Source: Candidatus Zixiibacteriota bacterium (GTDB lineage: Bacteria > Zixibacteria > MSB-5A5 > SM1-73). From it: DNA of 64,000 bases. Below the pieces are notes generated by a model. It worked only from the letters and a program-made list of their open reading frames with translations, was not told where the DNA came from and did no database searches. This document shows, in pieces, positions 8,476 through 19,752 of this stretch. The stretch spans positions 17,665-81,664 of the forward strand of contig JBAVQU010000008.1 of assembly GCA_049694315.1 (NCBI GenBank), written 5' to 3'. A program made the position numbers and the translations under genes. Position 1 is the stretch's first letter, and each line of letters starts with the position of its first letter.

Positions 8476-9120
8476 CTACTGTTTCTTTTCGTAGACTTTG
8501 GTCATGATAACTTTCTCTGTGGGCATGTCATTTACGCCGGTTGGAACGTGAGCGATTTTGTCCACCACGTCCATACCTTTGATTACATGGGCGAAGACCG
8601 TGAAGCCCTGACTGTCCAAGTGCGCAGTGCTCTCTGTTGATAAGCAAATATAGAATTGGCTTCCGCTGTTACCTTCTGCCGATCTTGCCATGGCTATGGC
8701 GCCGCGCTCATGCTTTTTTACCGTAGGCTCGTCGGGCAGCTTGTAGCCCGGTCCACCGGTTCCATCGCCCAAAGGATCGCCGCCTTGAATGACAAAACCG
8801 GGTTTGACGCGATGAAAAGTCAGGCCATCATAGAATCCGCTGTTGACCAATCTCAAGAAATTCTGCGCCAGCTTGGGAGACTCCTTCCAGTAAAGCTCTA
8901 TCTCCATGGTGCCCATGTTGGTTTCCATCATCACGATAGGATTCTTGTCACGCACGATCGGCTCCTGGGAGATTGGTTTGGTCTCGGTCTGGGCCTCGGT
9001 CTTAGCTACTTGGGCCGGCTGTTCCTCTGTCTTTTGCGTTTTGACCTCCTCTTTCTTCCCGCAGCCGAAGAGGAAGAAAATCAATAAAGCCGATAGAGTT
9101 AATACTAATGCCTTGTTCAT
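8476..9120 (-). CDS. ppiB: Cyclophilin-type peptidyl-prolyl cis-trans isomerase, lipoprotein
   Basis: Lipobox LFGCG. FHRVKPGFVIQGGDP...GGPGY...GAIAMARS...NSGSQFYI is the cyclophilin signature region. Confidence 0.85.
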   Translation of the reverse strand: MNKALVLTLSALLIFFLFGCGKKEEVKTQKTEEQPAQVAKTEAQTETKPISQEPIVRDKNPIVMMETNMGTMEIELYWKESPKLAQNFLRLVNSGFYDGLTFHRVKPGFVIQGGDPLGDGTGGPGYKLPDEPTVKKHERGAIAMARSAEGNSGSQFYICLSTESTAHLDSQGFTVFAHVIKGMDVVDKIAHVPTGVNDMPTEKVIMTKVYEKKQ

Positions 9121-9452
9121 CCCGGCTCCTTTGCTTAAGAAGTTTGGGAACTCTTTTCACCATCTCCTGCTTAAGAATTGCAGATCGTTCCCCGAGCGAA
9201 AATACCAAAGCGGGCACTTCCTGTCAAGACCTAATGTGGGATTCGGCGAAGAAAGATGGTTCCGGTGAAATCTGGAGGAGACGGTCTTGAGACTCGAAGG
9301 GGTAGGAGAATTCCCACCCCCTCGCCCACGGTGTTATCTGGTGTTGTCGTTACGGAAGCATCAGATTTCGGGAGTTGGTGGTCAGGAAGCCGATGTGGGG
9401 TTATGAAGTTGAGCCTATCCCAAAAATCCCCCGTTCCGAGGTTTGGCCTCCG

Positions 9453-10715
9453 TCACGGGAAAATCCCGCGTCGGTGGTATATTTTCTCCAGTCGCTCCAG
9501 CGCGGCAGCGTAAGCCGCCTTGCGCCAGTCGATCTTCTTCTCCGCGGCTTTCGTGTTTATCAAATTGAATGCATCCACTATCCTGCTGCGCAGTTTGGAA
9601 TCCACCTCATCTAAATCCCAGAATTCGCTGCGTTTGTTCTGAAGCCACTCGAAATAGCTCACGATCAATCCGCCGGAGTTACACAAAAGATCCGGGAGGA
9701 TGTCGATGCCTCTCTGCCGCAGAATCCGGTCACCGTCCGGATCGGTAGGGCCATTGGCTCCCTCCGCCACCAGCTTGACCTTGAGAAGCGGAGCCGTATT
9801 GCCCGTGATCTGATTCTCCAGCGCCGCCGGAATGAAAATGTCGGCCTGCGTCTGAAGAAAGGTAACATGATCCATCGGTTTAGCCTGGGGATACCCCTTG
9901 ATTCCGCCATTCTTTCTGACGTAAGCGGTCAAATCGTCCGGGTCTATCCCCTGAGGATCAAGGATGGCGCCGGTGAAATCCTCAGCCGCCACCAGTTTCG
10001 CTCCATGCGGTTTCAAAAGCCGGGCGGCCCAGGATCCGACCTTTCCGAATCCTTGAACCAGGTAAGTGGCCCCGGACAGGTCGAAACCTTTGAGCTTCGC
10101 CCACTCCTCCACTAAGAAAACCATCCCCTGACCGGTGGCTTTGTCACGACCCAGGCTCCCTCCCGATTTGACCGGCTTGCCGGTCACCACGTGTTTACAC
10201 GCCTGCCGTTTGTGCGGAGGAACGGTGGACAGATAAGTATCCAATATCCAAGCCATGATCTGAGCACCGGTGCTCAAGTCCGGGGAAAGGATGTCATACT
10301 CTGGTCCTATGTTGTTCCCTAAAGCGAAGGTGAACCTCCGGGTAATTCGCTCCAGCTCGTTGAATGTGAATTCAGACGGGTTGAACCTGATTCCGCCGTT
10401 GGCACCTCCCATGGGGATATTGGCGATGGCCGCCTTCCAGGTCGTGCAAGTGGCTAAGGCACGCACTTCTTCCAGCTCCAGTGCAGGATGATAGCGTAAT
10501 CCGCCCTGAAACGGCCCCATCACATTGTTGTGCTGCACCCTGAAGCCGGTAAACATCTCCACCCGACCATCGTCCATCTTCACCGGGAAATTGACCACAA
10601 TCTCGTTGGCAGTTTTAGCCAGCATTCCGCGGACGTCGGGATCTAACCCAATCATTTTGGCCGCGTCATCCACATGCTCGATCACGGTATCGCAGAAACT
10701 CTTTTGTTTTGCCAT
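9453..10715 (-). CDS. gdh: Glu/Leu/Phe/Val-family dehydrogenase (glutamate dehydrogenase, about 420-aa type), paralogue 1
   Basis: WKAAIANIPMGGANGGI, the GTGAQIMAW-type region, VQGFGKVGSW (Rossmann) and EGANGPT are all present. Confidence 0.85.
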   Translation of the reverse strand: MAKQKSFCDTVIEHVDDAAKMIGLDPDVRGMLAKTANEIVVNFPVKMDDGRVEMFTGFRVQHNNVMGPFQGGLRYHPALELEEVRALATCTTWKAAIANIPMGGANGGIRFNPSEFTFNELERITRRFTFALGNNIGPEYDILSPDLSTGAQIMAWILDTYLSTVPPHKRQACKHVVTGKPVKSGGSLGRDKATGQGMVFLVEEWAKLKGFDLSGATYLVQGFGKVGSWAARLLKPHGAKLVAAEDFTGAILDPQGIDPDDLTAYVRKNGGIKGYPQAKPMDHVTFLQTQADIFIPAALENQITGNTAPLLKVKLVAEGANGPTDPDGDRILRQRGIDILPDLLCNSGGLIVSYFEWLQNKRSEFWDLDEVDSKLRSRIVDAFNLINTKAAEKKIDWRKAAYAAALERLEKIYHRRGIFP

Positions 10716-10747
10716 GGTTTCTTCTTGAGCTTGAGATTGTTAAGACA

Positions 10748-12028
10748 TCATGGGAAAATCCCACGTTCTCGGTAAACCGTCTCTAAGCGAGACAGGGCTA
10801 CGATGTAAGCTGCGGTACGCCAATCGGTCCGATACTCCTTGGCGGTATCTCGCACGTGCTCATAGGCACTCACGATCTTCCGGTATAGTTTGCTGTCCAC
10901 CTCGGCTAAATCCCAGAATTCGCTGCGCTTGTTTTGCAGCCACTCGAAATAGCTGACCACCACTCCGCCGGCGTTGCACAGGATGTCGGGAATCAAATCG
11001 ATTCCTTTTTGCTGGAGTACCCTGTCACCATCGGGATCCGTGGGGCCGTTAGCTCCCTCCGCCACCAACTTGACGTTTAGGAGCGGGGCGGTTTCTCCGG
11101 TGATTTGGTTCTCCAAGGCGGCGGGAACGAAGATGTCGGCCGGGGTACGAAGCAGGGTCTTCCGATCGATCGGCTTGGAGCTTGGATAGCCGACGATAAG
11201 GCCCTTGTTCTTCTTGGCGTAAACCACCAGGTCTTCCGGATCGATCCCGTCGGAGCTGGCGATGGCTCCGCTGGCATCCTCTGCGGCGATCAGCTTCGCC
11301 CCGTGTGGTTTTAGAAGCAGAGCAGTCCAGGAACCAACGTTTCCGAATCCCTGCACCGTGTAGGTGGCGCCTTTTAGGTTAAAACCTTTGTCCTTGGCCC
11401 AGTGTTCGATAGTGTAGACCACCCCTTGACCGGTAGCCTTGTCGCGCCCCAAGCTTCCGCCCGACTCAATCGGCTTGCCGGTTACCACATGGATGCAGGC
11501 CTGTCTCTCGTGCGGCGGCATGGTGGAAAGAAAAGTATCCAAAATCCAAGCCATGATCTGGGAGTTGGTATTAACGTCCGGTGCGGGGATGTCGTACTCC
11601 GGTCCGATATTGTTCCCCAAAGCGAAGGTGAACCGACGGGTTATTCGCTCCAACTCGCTGGCCGAATACTTGAAAGGATCGCATTGAATCCCTCCCTTGG
11701 CCCCTCCAAACGGTATGTTGGTCAATGCTCCTTTCCAGGTCATCCAGGTAGCCAATGCCCGGACTTCGTCAATGTCTACCGCAGGGTGAAAACGAAGCCC
11801 ACCTTTGTAGGGACCTAAGGCATTGTTATGCTGGACCCGATAGCCGGTCAACATCTCAATACGACCATCGTCCATCTTGACCGGAAAGTTGACGACGATC
11901 TCGTTGTTGGTCTTGCCCAAGATCTTGCGCATGTCCAGGTCCAGCTTCATCAAGTCTGCTGCCTTGTTGAATTGCCAGACCACGTTGTCATACACGCTGG
12001 TTCTTCTTCCCCCGGATGCGTCTGTCAT
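10748..12028 (-). CDS. gdh: Glutamate dehydrogenase, paralogue 2, in tandem with 9453-10715
   Basis: Colinear and highly similar to the neighbouring gene (FPVKMDDGR.EM.TG.RVQHNN..GP.KGGLR.HP; VQGFGNVGSW; EGANGPTDPDGD). SD aaaggagg. Only 32 nt separate the two genes. Confidence 0.85.
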   Translation of the reverse strand: MTDASGGRRTSVYDNVVWQFNKAADLMKLDLDMRKILGKTNNEIVVNFPVKMDDGRIEMLTGYRVQHNNALGPYKGGLRFHPAVDIDEVRALATWMTWKGALTNIPFGGAKGGIQCDPFKYSASELERITRRFTFALGNNIGPEYDIPAPDVNTNSQIMAWILDTFLSTMPPHERQACIHVVTGKPIESGGSLGRDKATGQGVVYTIEHWAKDKGFNLKGATYTVQGFGNVGSWTALLLKPHGAKLIAAEDASGAIASSDGIDPEDLVVYAKKNKGLIVGYPSSKPIDRKTLLRTPADIFVPAALENQITGETAPLLNVKLVAEGANGPTDPDGDRVLQQKGIDLIPDILCNAGGVVVSYFEWLQNKRSEFWDLAEVDSKLYRKIVSAYEHVRDTAKEYRTDWRTAAYIVALSRLETVYRERGIFP

Positions 12029-12063
12029 CTTTACCTCCTTTGAGTCTGGTGTCTGCCTGACTC

Positions 12064-12117
12064 TAAAAACAGTGCCAGACGGGGACGTTAAGGGTTTGAT
12101 TCCACGTCACCCGTCTG
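12064..12117 (-). terminator. Hairpin plus U-run between the Cys-motif gene and gdh; possible terminator or attenuator
   Basis: Minus strand: cagacgggtgacgt...acgtccccgtctg, followed by gcactgttttt. Confidence 0.45.
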
Positions 12118-12172
12118 ACGCTGAAGTCGAATTGCTTATCTACGGCCGAAGAAAACGTTTCGTTGGCGACTT

Positions 12173-12520
12173 CTATTCGTATTCCTCGCACCGCCAGACA
12201 CCGTCTTCCGGCCTAGGGAAGGTGCAGGTCTTGCGATTCTCACAATTCAGGCACAGCCCTTTGAACTGGCCCTTGCTATTTTCGGCCACCACGGATTCTC
12301 TTCTGGCATGGGCGGCCGCCAGAAAACTCTCGACCGTGGTTCGGTCCACCGGTGCGTCGATGGCTTCGAACTCTTCGCACTGCCATACCGGTTGATCCGG
12401 ATTTCTAGGATAACTGCAGCTGCGAACGTGGTCGCAGGTGAGACATAATCCACCATATTCCGGCTTTCTCAGGACCTCGGCTATGGTCGTCTCAGCGGTC
12501 TTAGTTGATGGATTCTTCAT
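12173..12520 (-). CDS. Small protein with a duplicated 4-Cys motif (unknown family)
   Basis: 115 aa. It contains two copies of GLCL(T/N)C-x5-C-x(11-12)-VW-x-CEE(F/Y)E, one of them at the extreme C-terminus. SD aaaggaggtag. A sigma-54 promoter lies upstream. Confidence 0.7.
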   Translation of the reverse strand: MKNPSTKTAETTIAEVLRKPEYGGLCLTCDHVRSCSYPRNPDQPVWQCEEFEAIDAPVDRTTVESFLAAAHARRESVVAENSKGQFKGLCLNCENRKTCTFPRPEDGVWRCEEYE

Positions 12521-12573
12521 TTCAACTACCTCCTTTGTGAGTTTATCATTTCCACCGGCCCCCCTTATTTATA

Positions 12574-12588
12574 GCAATGGCCGTGCCA
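12574..12588 (-). promoter_or_regulatory. Sigma-54 (-24/-12) promoter
   Basis: The minus strand reads TGGCACggccaTTGCt, matching the TGGCAC-N5-TTGC consensus. It lies about 54 nt upstream of the ATG at 12520 and directly downstream of an NtrC-family activator gene. Confidence 0.75.
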
Positions 12589-12790
12589 AGCCTCCAAGAC
12601 GGGAGATTCGAGGCTTTTCATCTCCTGAAATTCATTTGTTTGTGACCTGTAACCACGCTAAAACCAATGAGTTACAGTGACATAGTTATTCTGTCAAAGA
12701 AAGGGAAGAGATAAAGGCAAGCTCTTTTAAGGATAAATGATTATCGGACAGATTTGAATCACCGGGGAGAATTTCCCCGAATTGATCGAG

Positions 12791-14161
12791 TTAACTCGTG
12801 GAATTTTCGGAGGGAGTCGGTTTCTGTAATTTCTCGCGCAGGGTCTTTCGATCGATGCCCAAGATCTGTGCCGCCTTGGTCTTGTTTCCTTTCACGCTCG
12901 ATAGAACGTTGCGGATGTACTCCACCTCGACTTCTGCCAAAGTCCGGTTCAGTCCGATTTCTCTTTGCGCCGTGAACCGCATTAAGGACGGAAGGTCCGG
13001 AACGTCGATCGATTCCCCATCGGTCATCACTACCAGACGCTGGATGACGTTTTCCAGCTCACGGACATTGCCGGGCCAATCATAATGCTTCAGCGCCTCC
13101 AGCGCATTCTCGGAGAAACGGGGGCTGGGTTTGCCGAACTCCTCGGCGTATTTGGTGGCAAAGTGGTTGGTCAAAAGCACTATGTCCTCCCACCTTTCTC
13201 GCAGGGGAGGAATGGCAATATTGATTACGTTGAGCCGGAAATACAAATCCTCCCGGAAGAGCTGTTTGTTGACCAGGCTGAGCAGATCTTTGTTGGTGGC
13301 GGCCAGAATCCTGACGTCGACCTTGCGGGGACGAGTTGTGCCTACCATGTAGACCTCTGTGTCCTGAAGTACCCGGAGCAGCTTTACCTGCATGGACAGG
13401 GAGGTTTCGCTGATCTCATCCAAGAAGATCGTGCCGCCGTCGGCGGTTTGAAAAAAGCCGGCTCGGGATTCGATGGCTCCGGTGAACGACCCTTTGACAT
13501 GGCCAAACAGCTCACTTTCCAGGAGCCCCTCCGGTATTCCGCCGCAGTTCACCGGCACGAAGGGAGCGGAGGCACGCGGACTGCCGTAGTGAATGGCTCG
13601 CGCCACCAGCTCCTTGCCGGTTCCGCTCTCTCCGGTGATGAGCACGGTGGCGGAGGTGGAGGCTGCCTTAGTGATCGCTTCGAAAACCTTGAGCATCGCT
13701 TCCGATTCTCCGATCAAACCACCCGGCGCCTTGGTGGCTCGAGGAGTGAGATTTCGTCCCGCTCGCCGTGCCTGCAGCTTGTCCAAGACCTTTCGCACGG
13801 CGAAGAATAGCTCCTGGTCAGTAAAAGGCTTGGGCAGGTACTCCTCCGCCCCGATCTTGATGGCCTTGACCGCCCCTTCGATGGTGGCGTAGCCGGTGAT
13901 CATGATCACTTCGGTATCCTTTAGGTTTTCCCGAATGTGTCGCACCATGTCCAGCCCGCTCACTTTGGGCATCTTCAGATCGGTGATGACCAGATCCACC
14001 GTGGTCCCTTCGAGAATCTTGATCGCCTCCGCCACGTCCGAGGCGGTGAAGACCTGGTACCCCTGGGAGGTTAAGTTTCTTTGAAGCACCTCCAGGGTGT
14101 TGGGAGCGTCGTCAACCACCAGAATTCGCTCTGTATCGACTGCGGCCGACATGCTATTCAC
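12791..14161 (-). CDS. Sigma-54-dependent response regulator (NtrC family)
   Basis: Receiver domain (DLVITDLKMP), AAA+ domain (GESGTGKE, GSFTGA, ESELFGH) and a C-terminal Fis-type HTH (GNKTKAAQILGIDRKTLREKL). Confidence 0.9.
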   Translation of the reverse strand: MNSMSAAVDTERILVVDDAPNTLEVLQRNLTSQGYQVFTASDVAEAIKILEGTTVDLVITDLKMPKVSGLDMVRHIRENLKDTEVIMITGYATIEGAVKAIKIGAEEYLPKPFTDQELFFAVRKVLDKLQARRAGRNLTPRATKAPGGLIGESEAMLKVFEAITKAASTSATVLITGESGTGKELVARAIHYGSPRASAPFVPVNCGGIPEGLLESELFGHVKGSFTGAIESRAGFFQTADGGTIFLDEISETSLSMQVKLLRVLQDTEVYMVGTTRPRKVDVRILAATNKDLLSLVNKQLFREDLYFRLNVINIAIPPLRERWEDIVLLTNHFATKYAEEFGKPSPRFSENALEALKHYDWPGNVRELENVIQRLVVMTDGESIDVPDLPSLMRFTAQREIGLNRTLAEVEVEYIRNVLSSVKGNKTKAAQILGIDRKTLREKLQKPTPSENSTS

Positions 14162-15875
14162 TCTCCTCTTCCTCTGATAGCCTGCTCACGGGAAGCCGTA
14201 TCTCAAACCGGGTGCCGACACCTTCTTTGCTTTTGACCTCGATTTGGCCTCGATGGGAGCTGACGATCCCATGCACCACGGAAAGACCTAATCCGGTCCC
14301 CTCTCCTACTTCCTTGGTAGTAAAGAACGGTACGAATATCTGTTCTTGCACTTCTTGGGCCATTCCCAGTCCGGTATCCTCCACCACTAACGCCACGTAG
14401 TCACCTGCGGCCAGGGTTTGAATGGTAAGCCTGCCGCCCTTGGGCATGGCCTGAATGGAATTGACCACCAGATTAACCAGGACCTGTTGCACTTGAGCTG
14501 CATCCGCTATCATCCCGGGCAGGTTCGGGGAGAGAAGACGCACCAGCTCAATCCCTTCCTTGGCACAACGGGACTCAAAGAAGTACAGTCCCTCTTCTAC
14601 TATCTGGTTCAAATTCACCTCAGTCTTCTTGGTCGGCATCTGGCGGGCGAAGATCAAAAGCTTTTTCACCACCTCCCGCGCATGTAGGGAGGCATTCACG
14701 ATCTTCTCAATGTCCTGCAGCGCCTGCGTGGGGAGCTGTGGGCATTTGGTGGCCAGCTGAGCGAAGCCTAAGATGTTGCCCAGAGGCTCGTTTAGCTCGT
14801 GAGCCACTCCGGCGGCAAGCTGCCCGATGGTGGCTAGGCGGTCGGCATGCATGAGCTGGTTCTGGAGCTGTGCTTTCTCCTCCTCCGCCTGCCTGCGCTC
14901 GATCTTCAACGCCACTTCTCTGGCCACTGCATCGATTAGGCTTCTCTCCTCCTTAAGATACGGGCCTTCATCCAGCTCCGGCTTTTCTTCGAGGTAGACC
15001 ACCTCCACCACCCCTCTTCTCTTGCTACTCACCACAATGTCCGCAATCTGTATGTGTCTCCCCTCCCGGAAATCAGGCATCGAGTAGGAGTGCCCGTCCA
15101 AGACGATTCTGGCGGTGGCGATCTCAGGGTACAGCCAGGCAGGGGGAAGAAGCTCAACGATGCCCTCCAGCATTTTGTCTAAGGACAGGTCCGGGCGTGC
15201 CACCAGTCTGGCAATCCCGTAAAGGCAGGTCAACTCTTTGACCCGCTCGCGCAAAGCCACCTGAGCACTGCGGTGAACAAAAGCCACCCCCAGGGTTTGC
15301 GCCAAACCTTCATAGAAATCTATCTCTTCTTTGGAGAAGAAATCGGTGCGCTTGCTTCTCAGATGCAGAAGCCCAATATTGTCCTGGTCCACCACCAAAG
15401 GAAAAACCGCTAGGGATTTCCACTGGCTTGACTGGGATAGGTCGTAGGGAAGGAGGGGATTTTCCAAATCATTCGTCCAGAAACTCCCCTTTTTTGTGAA
15501 ATGGGATAGTGCCGGATCAAACTTCCTCAGCAGAACTTCCCGGCAGAGCCTCTCCAGGCCATCGACCTCCGAGGAACAAGGGATCATCCGATGGTCTTCA
15601 GTATGCAGGCAGGGGAGATACTCCAAATGAAATGAGGTCTCAGCATTTTTGATCATCTCGCAGCGATAGTATTTTTGGCGTCTTTTCAACCGGAGCTCCA
15701 CCCCATCGCATCCGGAGAACTCGATCAGCTTTCTCAATACCTCTCGCACAAAATCAATCCGAGGAAGGCCTCGATTGGAATAGAGGAGTATTTCGTGAGA
15801 GAGCGCCAAAAAGGCTTCAGCCATGTTTTGGCCGGAGGAATTCGCTTCGCCTTGTTTTGGATTACGGTTCATCAT
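14154..15875 (-). CDS. Sensor histidine kinase with GAF-like N-terminal regions
   Basis: H-box AAGVAHELNEPL. N/G boxes (LVNLVVNSIQAM, DTGLGM, GTGLGLS). Overlaps the regulator gene by 8 nt. Confidence 0.85.
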   Translation of the reverse strand: MMNRNPKQGEANSSGQNMAEAFLALSHEILLYSNRGLPRIDFVREVLRKLIEFSGCDGVELRLKRRQKYYRCEMIKNAETSFHLEYLPCLHTEDHRMIPCSSEVDGLERLCREVLLRKFDPALSHFTKKGSFWTNDLENPLLPYDLSQSSQWKSLAVFPLVVDQDNIGLLHLRSKRTDFFSKEEIDFYEGLAQTLGVAFVHRSAQVALRERVKELTCLYGIARLVARPDLSLDKMLEGIVELLPPAWLYPEIATARIVLDGHSYSMPDFREGRHIQIADIVVSSKRRGVVEVVYLEEKPELDEGPYLKEERSLIDAVAREVALKIERRQAEEEKAQLQNQLMHADRLATIGQLAAGVAHELNEPLGNILGFAQLATKCPQLPTQALQDIEKIVNASLHAREVVKKLLIFARQMPTKKTEVNLNQIVEEGLYFFESRCAKEGIELVRLLSPNLPGMIADAAQVQQVLVNLVVNSIQAMPKGGRLTIQTLAAGDYVALVVEDTGLGMAQEVQEQIFVPFFTTKEVGEGTGLGLSVVHGIVSSHRGQIEVKSKEGVGTRFEIRLPVSRLSEEEESE

Positions 15876-16016
15876 GGGTGGCCTACTCTTTAGCCGTATG
15901 TATGACAGTATCGGGAAGCTGACGGTCTCTCCAAGCGTTAGCGCGCCCGAAACCTGGAGATTCGACTGACCCAGGAGTAAATCCCGTAGAAGAGCTTCTT
16001 AGTTGGCTGGTTCTGC

Positions 16017-16054
16017 AAGAAGAGGTGCCGGATCAGCTGCCGGCACCTCTTCTT
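16017..16054 (-). terminator. Long perfect hairpin downstream of gdhA; possibly a bidirectional terminator
   Basis: Stem agaggtgccgg/ccggcacctct, extendable to about 15 bp. The T-run is clear only on the plus strand. Confidence 0.4.
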
Positions 16055-16069
16055 TTTCGCAAAATCCGG

Positions 16070-17440
<1,371 letters not shown>

Positions 17441-18147
17441 TTAGAGTAATTATCCAGCAACTCTGCTAACATCCAAAAAGCTCTCCTGCTTGAAAGCTTT
17501 CCTGGTCAAGGATGTCTTTCAAGTTACCATTTTGTCCTCCTTCTTTCAGTGTCCGTTCCGTCCGATAGTGAATCTCCCGTTGACCAACTCTCCTCCAGCC
17601 GAGATGCTGGATAATAGATTGCACTGTTCTGTGGGACGCAACCACCTTAGCGTCTTCCTTGTTCCGAACAGAGCTACAACTCCGTGCTGGCGATCTCCTT
17701 TCTCAAGTCAATTCCTCGAAACCTCTCAATCGGAGAGGTCAGCATGAGAATTTATTAGTATACAAAACCCTTCTCATTTGTCAAGAAGAAAACGAGGAAT
17801 TTCTCCCACTTTTTCGGATGGGTGTGGAAATCTGGGGAGAATCTCCTTGTTCTTGCTTATTTCAATCCAAGTAATGCCTTCTGTTCCTGCATAATCTGGC
17901 AAAATTCCCACTAATTGGGTAAAAAGACCCCATTCGAAGGGAGCATCCCGCTATGGGATAGGGTGAGAAGTCAAGCCGTGAACTTCAAGTGAGAAACAAG
18001 CGAAACCTGGATCTTTGATGGCAAACCGCCAAATGCGACGGTTCGAATGTCGGGTTTTTTGAATATGGGTAGGAAGCAGATTCCGTTATTCTGGACGTTT
18101 GGGTTGCGTCCTCAACCTTTACGATTCGTCTTCAAGATGTTCTGATT

Positions 18148-18522
18148 CTACCCCGTGTTCAAGTGGTTCTGCCGTTCAATGAATTCCTTTAATTCGCTGC
18201 GCACCGACTGCAGTTCCTTCTTAATGATCAAAAGATCGTTCTTAAGCTCGTCGTCGTAATCCTCCTCTTCAGACGCACCTTCCTGCAAGTCGGCCAGCCT
18301 GGTCTCAGTTCGAGAGATTACGGTCTCAACTCCTTTCACCGCCTCCTGGGTCTTCATCATCTCTGCTTTCAGTTGAAGCAGAACTTCTTCTTTGGTTTGA
18401 GCAATGGATTGGTGAAGCTGCCCCAGACGTTCATTGATCGCCTCAAGCTCCTCCTCCACCATGTTCCCCAATGCCTCCACTGCTTCTCCCACCTCTTCAA
18501 TGTCGCTTCTTTCCAGGACCAT
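18148..18522 (-). CDS. Acidic coiled-coil hypothetical protein
   Basis: 124 aa ORF, E/L/K-rich with a heptad-like pattern. No motif recognised. Confidence 0.5.
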   Translation of the reverse strand: MVLERSDIEEVGEAVEALGNMVEEELEAINERLGQLHQSIAQTKEEVLLQLKAEMMKTQEAVKGVETVISRTETRLADLQEGASEEEDYDDELKNDLLIIKKELQSVRSELKEFIERQNHLNTG

Positions 18523-18555
18523 TCCAGTTGCCTCAAGATCTGAACCTGCGGTAAA

Positions 18556-19530
18556 TCAACCTCCGGTTCCCGTCTTCTCTTGGACTTCCGACTTTTCCTC
18601 TTCGACGGGGGACGCGCAGGAGCGGGTGCACCATTCCACTATGGATTTCATCTCTCTAAATCTGGCTGCGCTGGAGGGTGCACCCAGAACCACGGCCAAG
18701 ATTTCCTCTCCATCTTTGCCTTCAACCAAGGTGCCCAAACAGAACCCGGACGCACCATTATAACCCGTCTTTCCTCCCTTCACGTTCAGGGAGCCACAGA
18801 GGAGCTTATTGGTACTCCTGATCTGGTGGGGTCTCCTCCGCTTGCCTACCGAGCAGAACTGATAGGTGGATTTTCCCGTGATGGCAGCGATTGTGCTCTC
18901 CTTTTGGGCAAAGTACAGGAGCCGGGCGCAGTCTAAGGCTGTGGACCGGTTATTGGTATCCAGTCCGGTTGGTTCAAAGAAGACGGTGTTTTGCAGGCCG
19001 ATCTTCTTCGCCTTCTGATTCATCCGGGCCACGAACTCCCCTGACGAAAGACCGCACGAGCGGGCCAAGGTCCTGGTAGCCCGATTGTTTGAGCTCATCA
19101 AGCTAGCGTGAAGGAGGTCATTCAAGGTGAAAATCTCTTTGATTTTCAGCTGAGACCATCCTGCCCCTTCGGCATCTGCCACGTTTATGCTGGCGGTGTC
19201 ATTCAAGTTCGGGTTGGTTTCCAGAAACACCAATGCAGTCATGAGCTTGCTGAGGCTGGCGATAGGAAGAGCCTTCTCCATGTTCTTCTCAAAAAGGACT
19301 TCGCCCTTGGTAGCGTCCAGCACCACGGCGGCTTCCGACTTTATGCGAAGCTTATAGCTCTCCAAAGCCGCTTGGCTTTTGTGAACGGTCCGAAGGGGCA
19401 CCTCCGCCTTCCAGAGCGAACTCACGGCCCCCAGTCTGTCGTAAGCCCAAAACCAGCTCTCGCCGGTAATTTTTGAAATCGCCAAGATCATGGAAAGGGG
19501 GATAATAATAAGTATTAGCTTTCTTCTCAT
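18556..19530 (-). CDS. dacA: D-alanyl-D-alanine carboxypeptidase (S11, PBP5/6-like)
   Basis: SLSK (SxxK), SSNN (SxN) and GGKTGY (KTG), plus a signal peptide. Confidence 0.8.
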   Translation of the reverse strand: MRRKLILIIIPLSMILAISKITGESWFWAYDRLGAVSSLWKAEVPLRTVHKSQAALESYKLRIKSEAAVVLDATKGEVLFEKNMEKALPIASLSKLMTALVFLETNPNLNDTASINVADAEGAGWSQLKIKEIFTLNDLLHASLMSSNNRATRTLARSCGLSSGEFVARMNQKAKKIGLQNTVFFEPTGLDTNNRSTALDCARLLYFAQKESTIAAITGKSTYQFCSVGKRRRPHQIRSTNKLLCGSLNVKGGKTGYNGASGFCLGTLVEGKDGEEILAVVLGAPSSAARFREMKSIVEWCTRSCASPVEEEKSEVQEKTGTGG

Positions 19531-19752
19531 CGGTCTCTTCTCCTCAATTCATAGCTGGACACGTTCCCATTTTCTTATCGGGAAGTATCGGCTGACTATT
19601 CAGTCCACTCTACTCTTTGGCTTCCCCATTGCCTGAAACCTCGCTCTTCCACACCGGGGGCAGATCCACTTCCTCTGTTTGTGAAAAGCTCTTCTTATCT
19701 CCTTCATCTTTATCTTACACTTTCGGCAATGCATGAGTTCGCGATGGGTGTG

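Noticed and set aside
12064-12080. Second TGGCAC on the minus strand upstream of gdh paralogue 2 (TGGCACtgtttTTAG)
   Set aside because: The -12 element lacks the conserved GC, and the TGGCAC forms part of the 3' arm and tail of a terminator-like hairpin. It is not called as a sigma-54 promoter.
13085-13810. 241-aa plus-strand ORF. The same reasoning applies to 46950-47525, 48450-49178, 62624-63412, 11402-11818 and 6362-6862.
   Set aside because: All lie antisense inside well-supported genes (NtrC-type regulator, M28 peptidase, lipoprotein, PmbA, GDH, radical SAM). They have low-complexity R/G/H/P-rich products and no SD. These are typical shadow ORFs.
18036-18060. GGTTCGAAT sequence resembling a tRNA or tmRNA T-loop
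   Set aside because: The flanking bases do not form a 5-bp T-stem around a 7-nt loop, and there is no acceptor stem or anticodon arm upstream. It is interpreted only as a small hairpin with a T-run.
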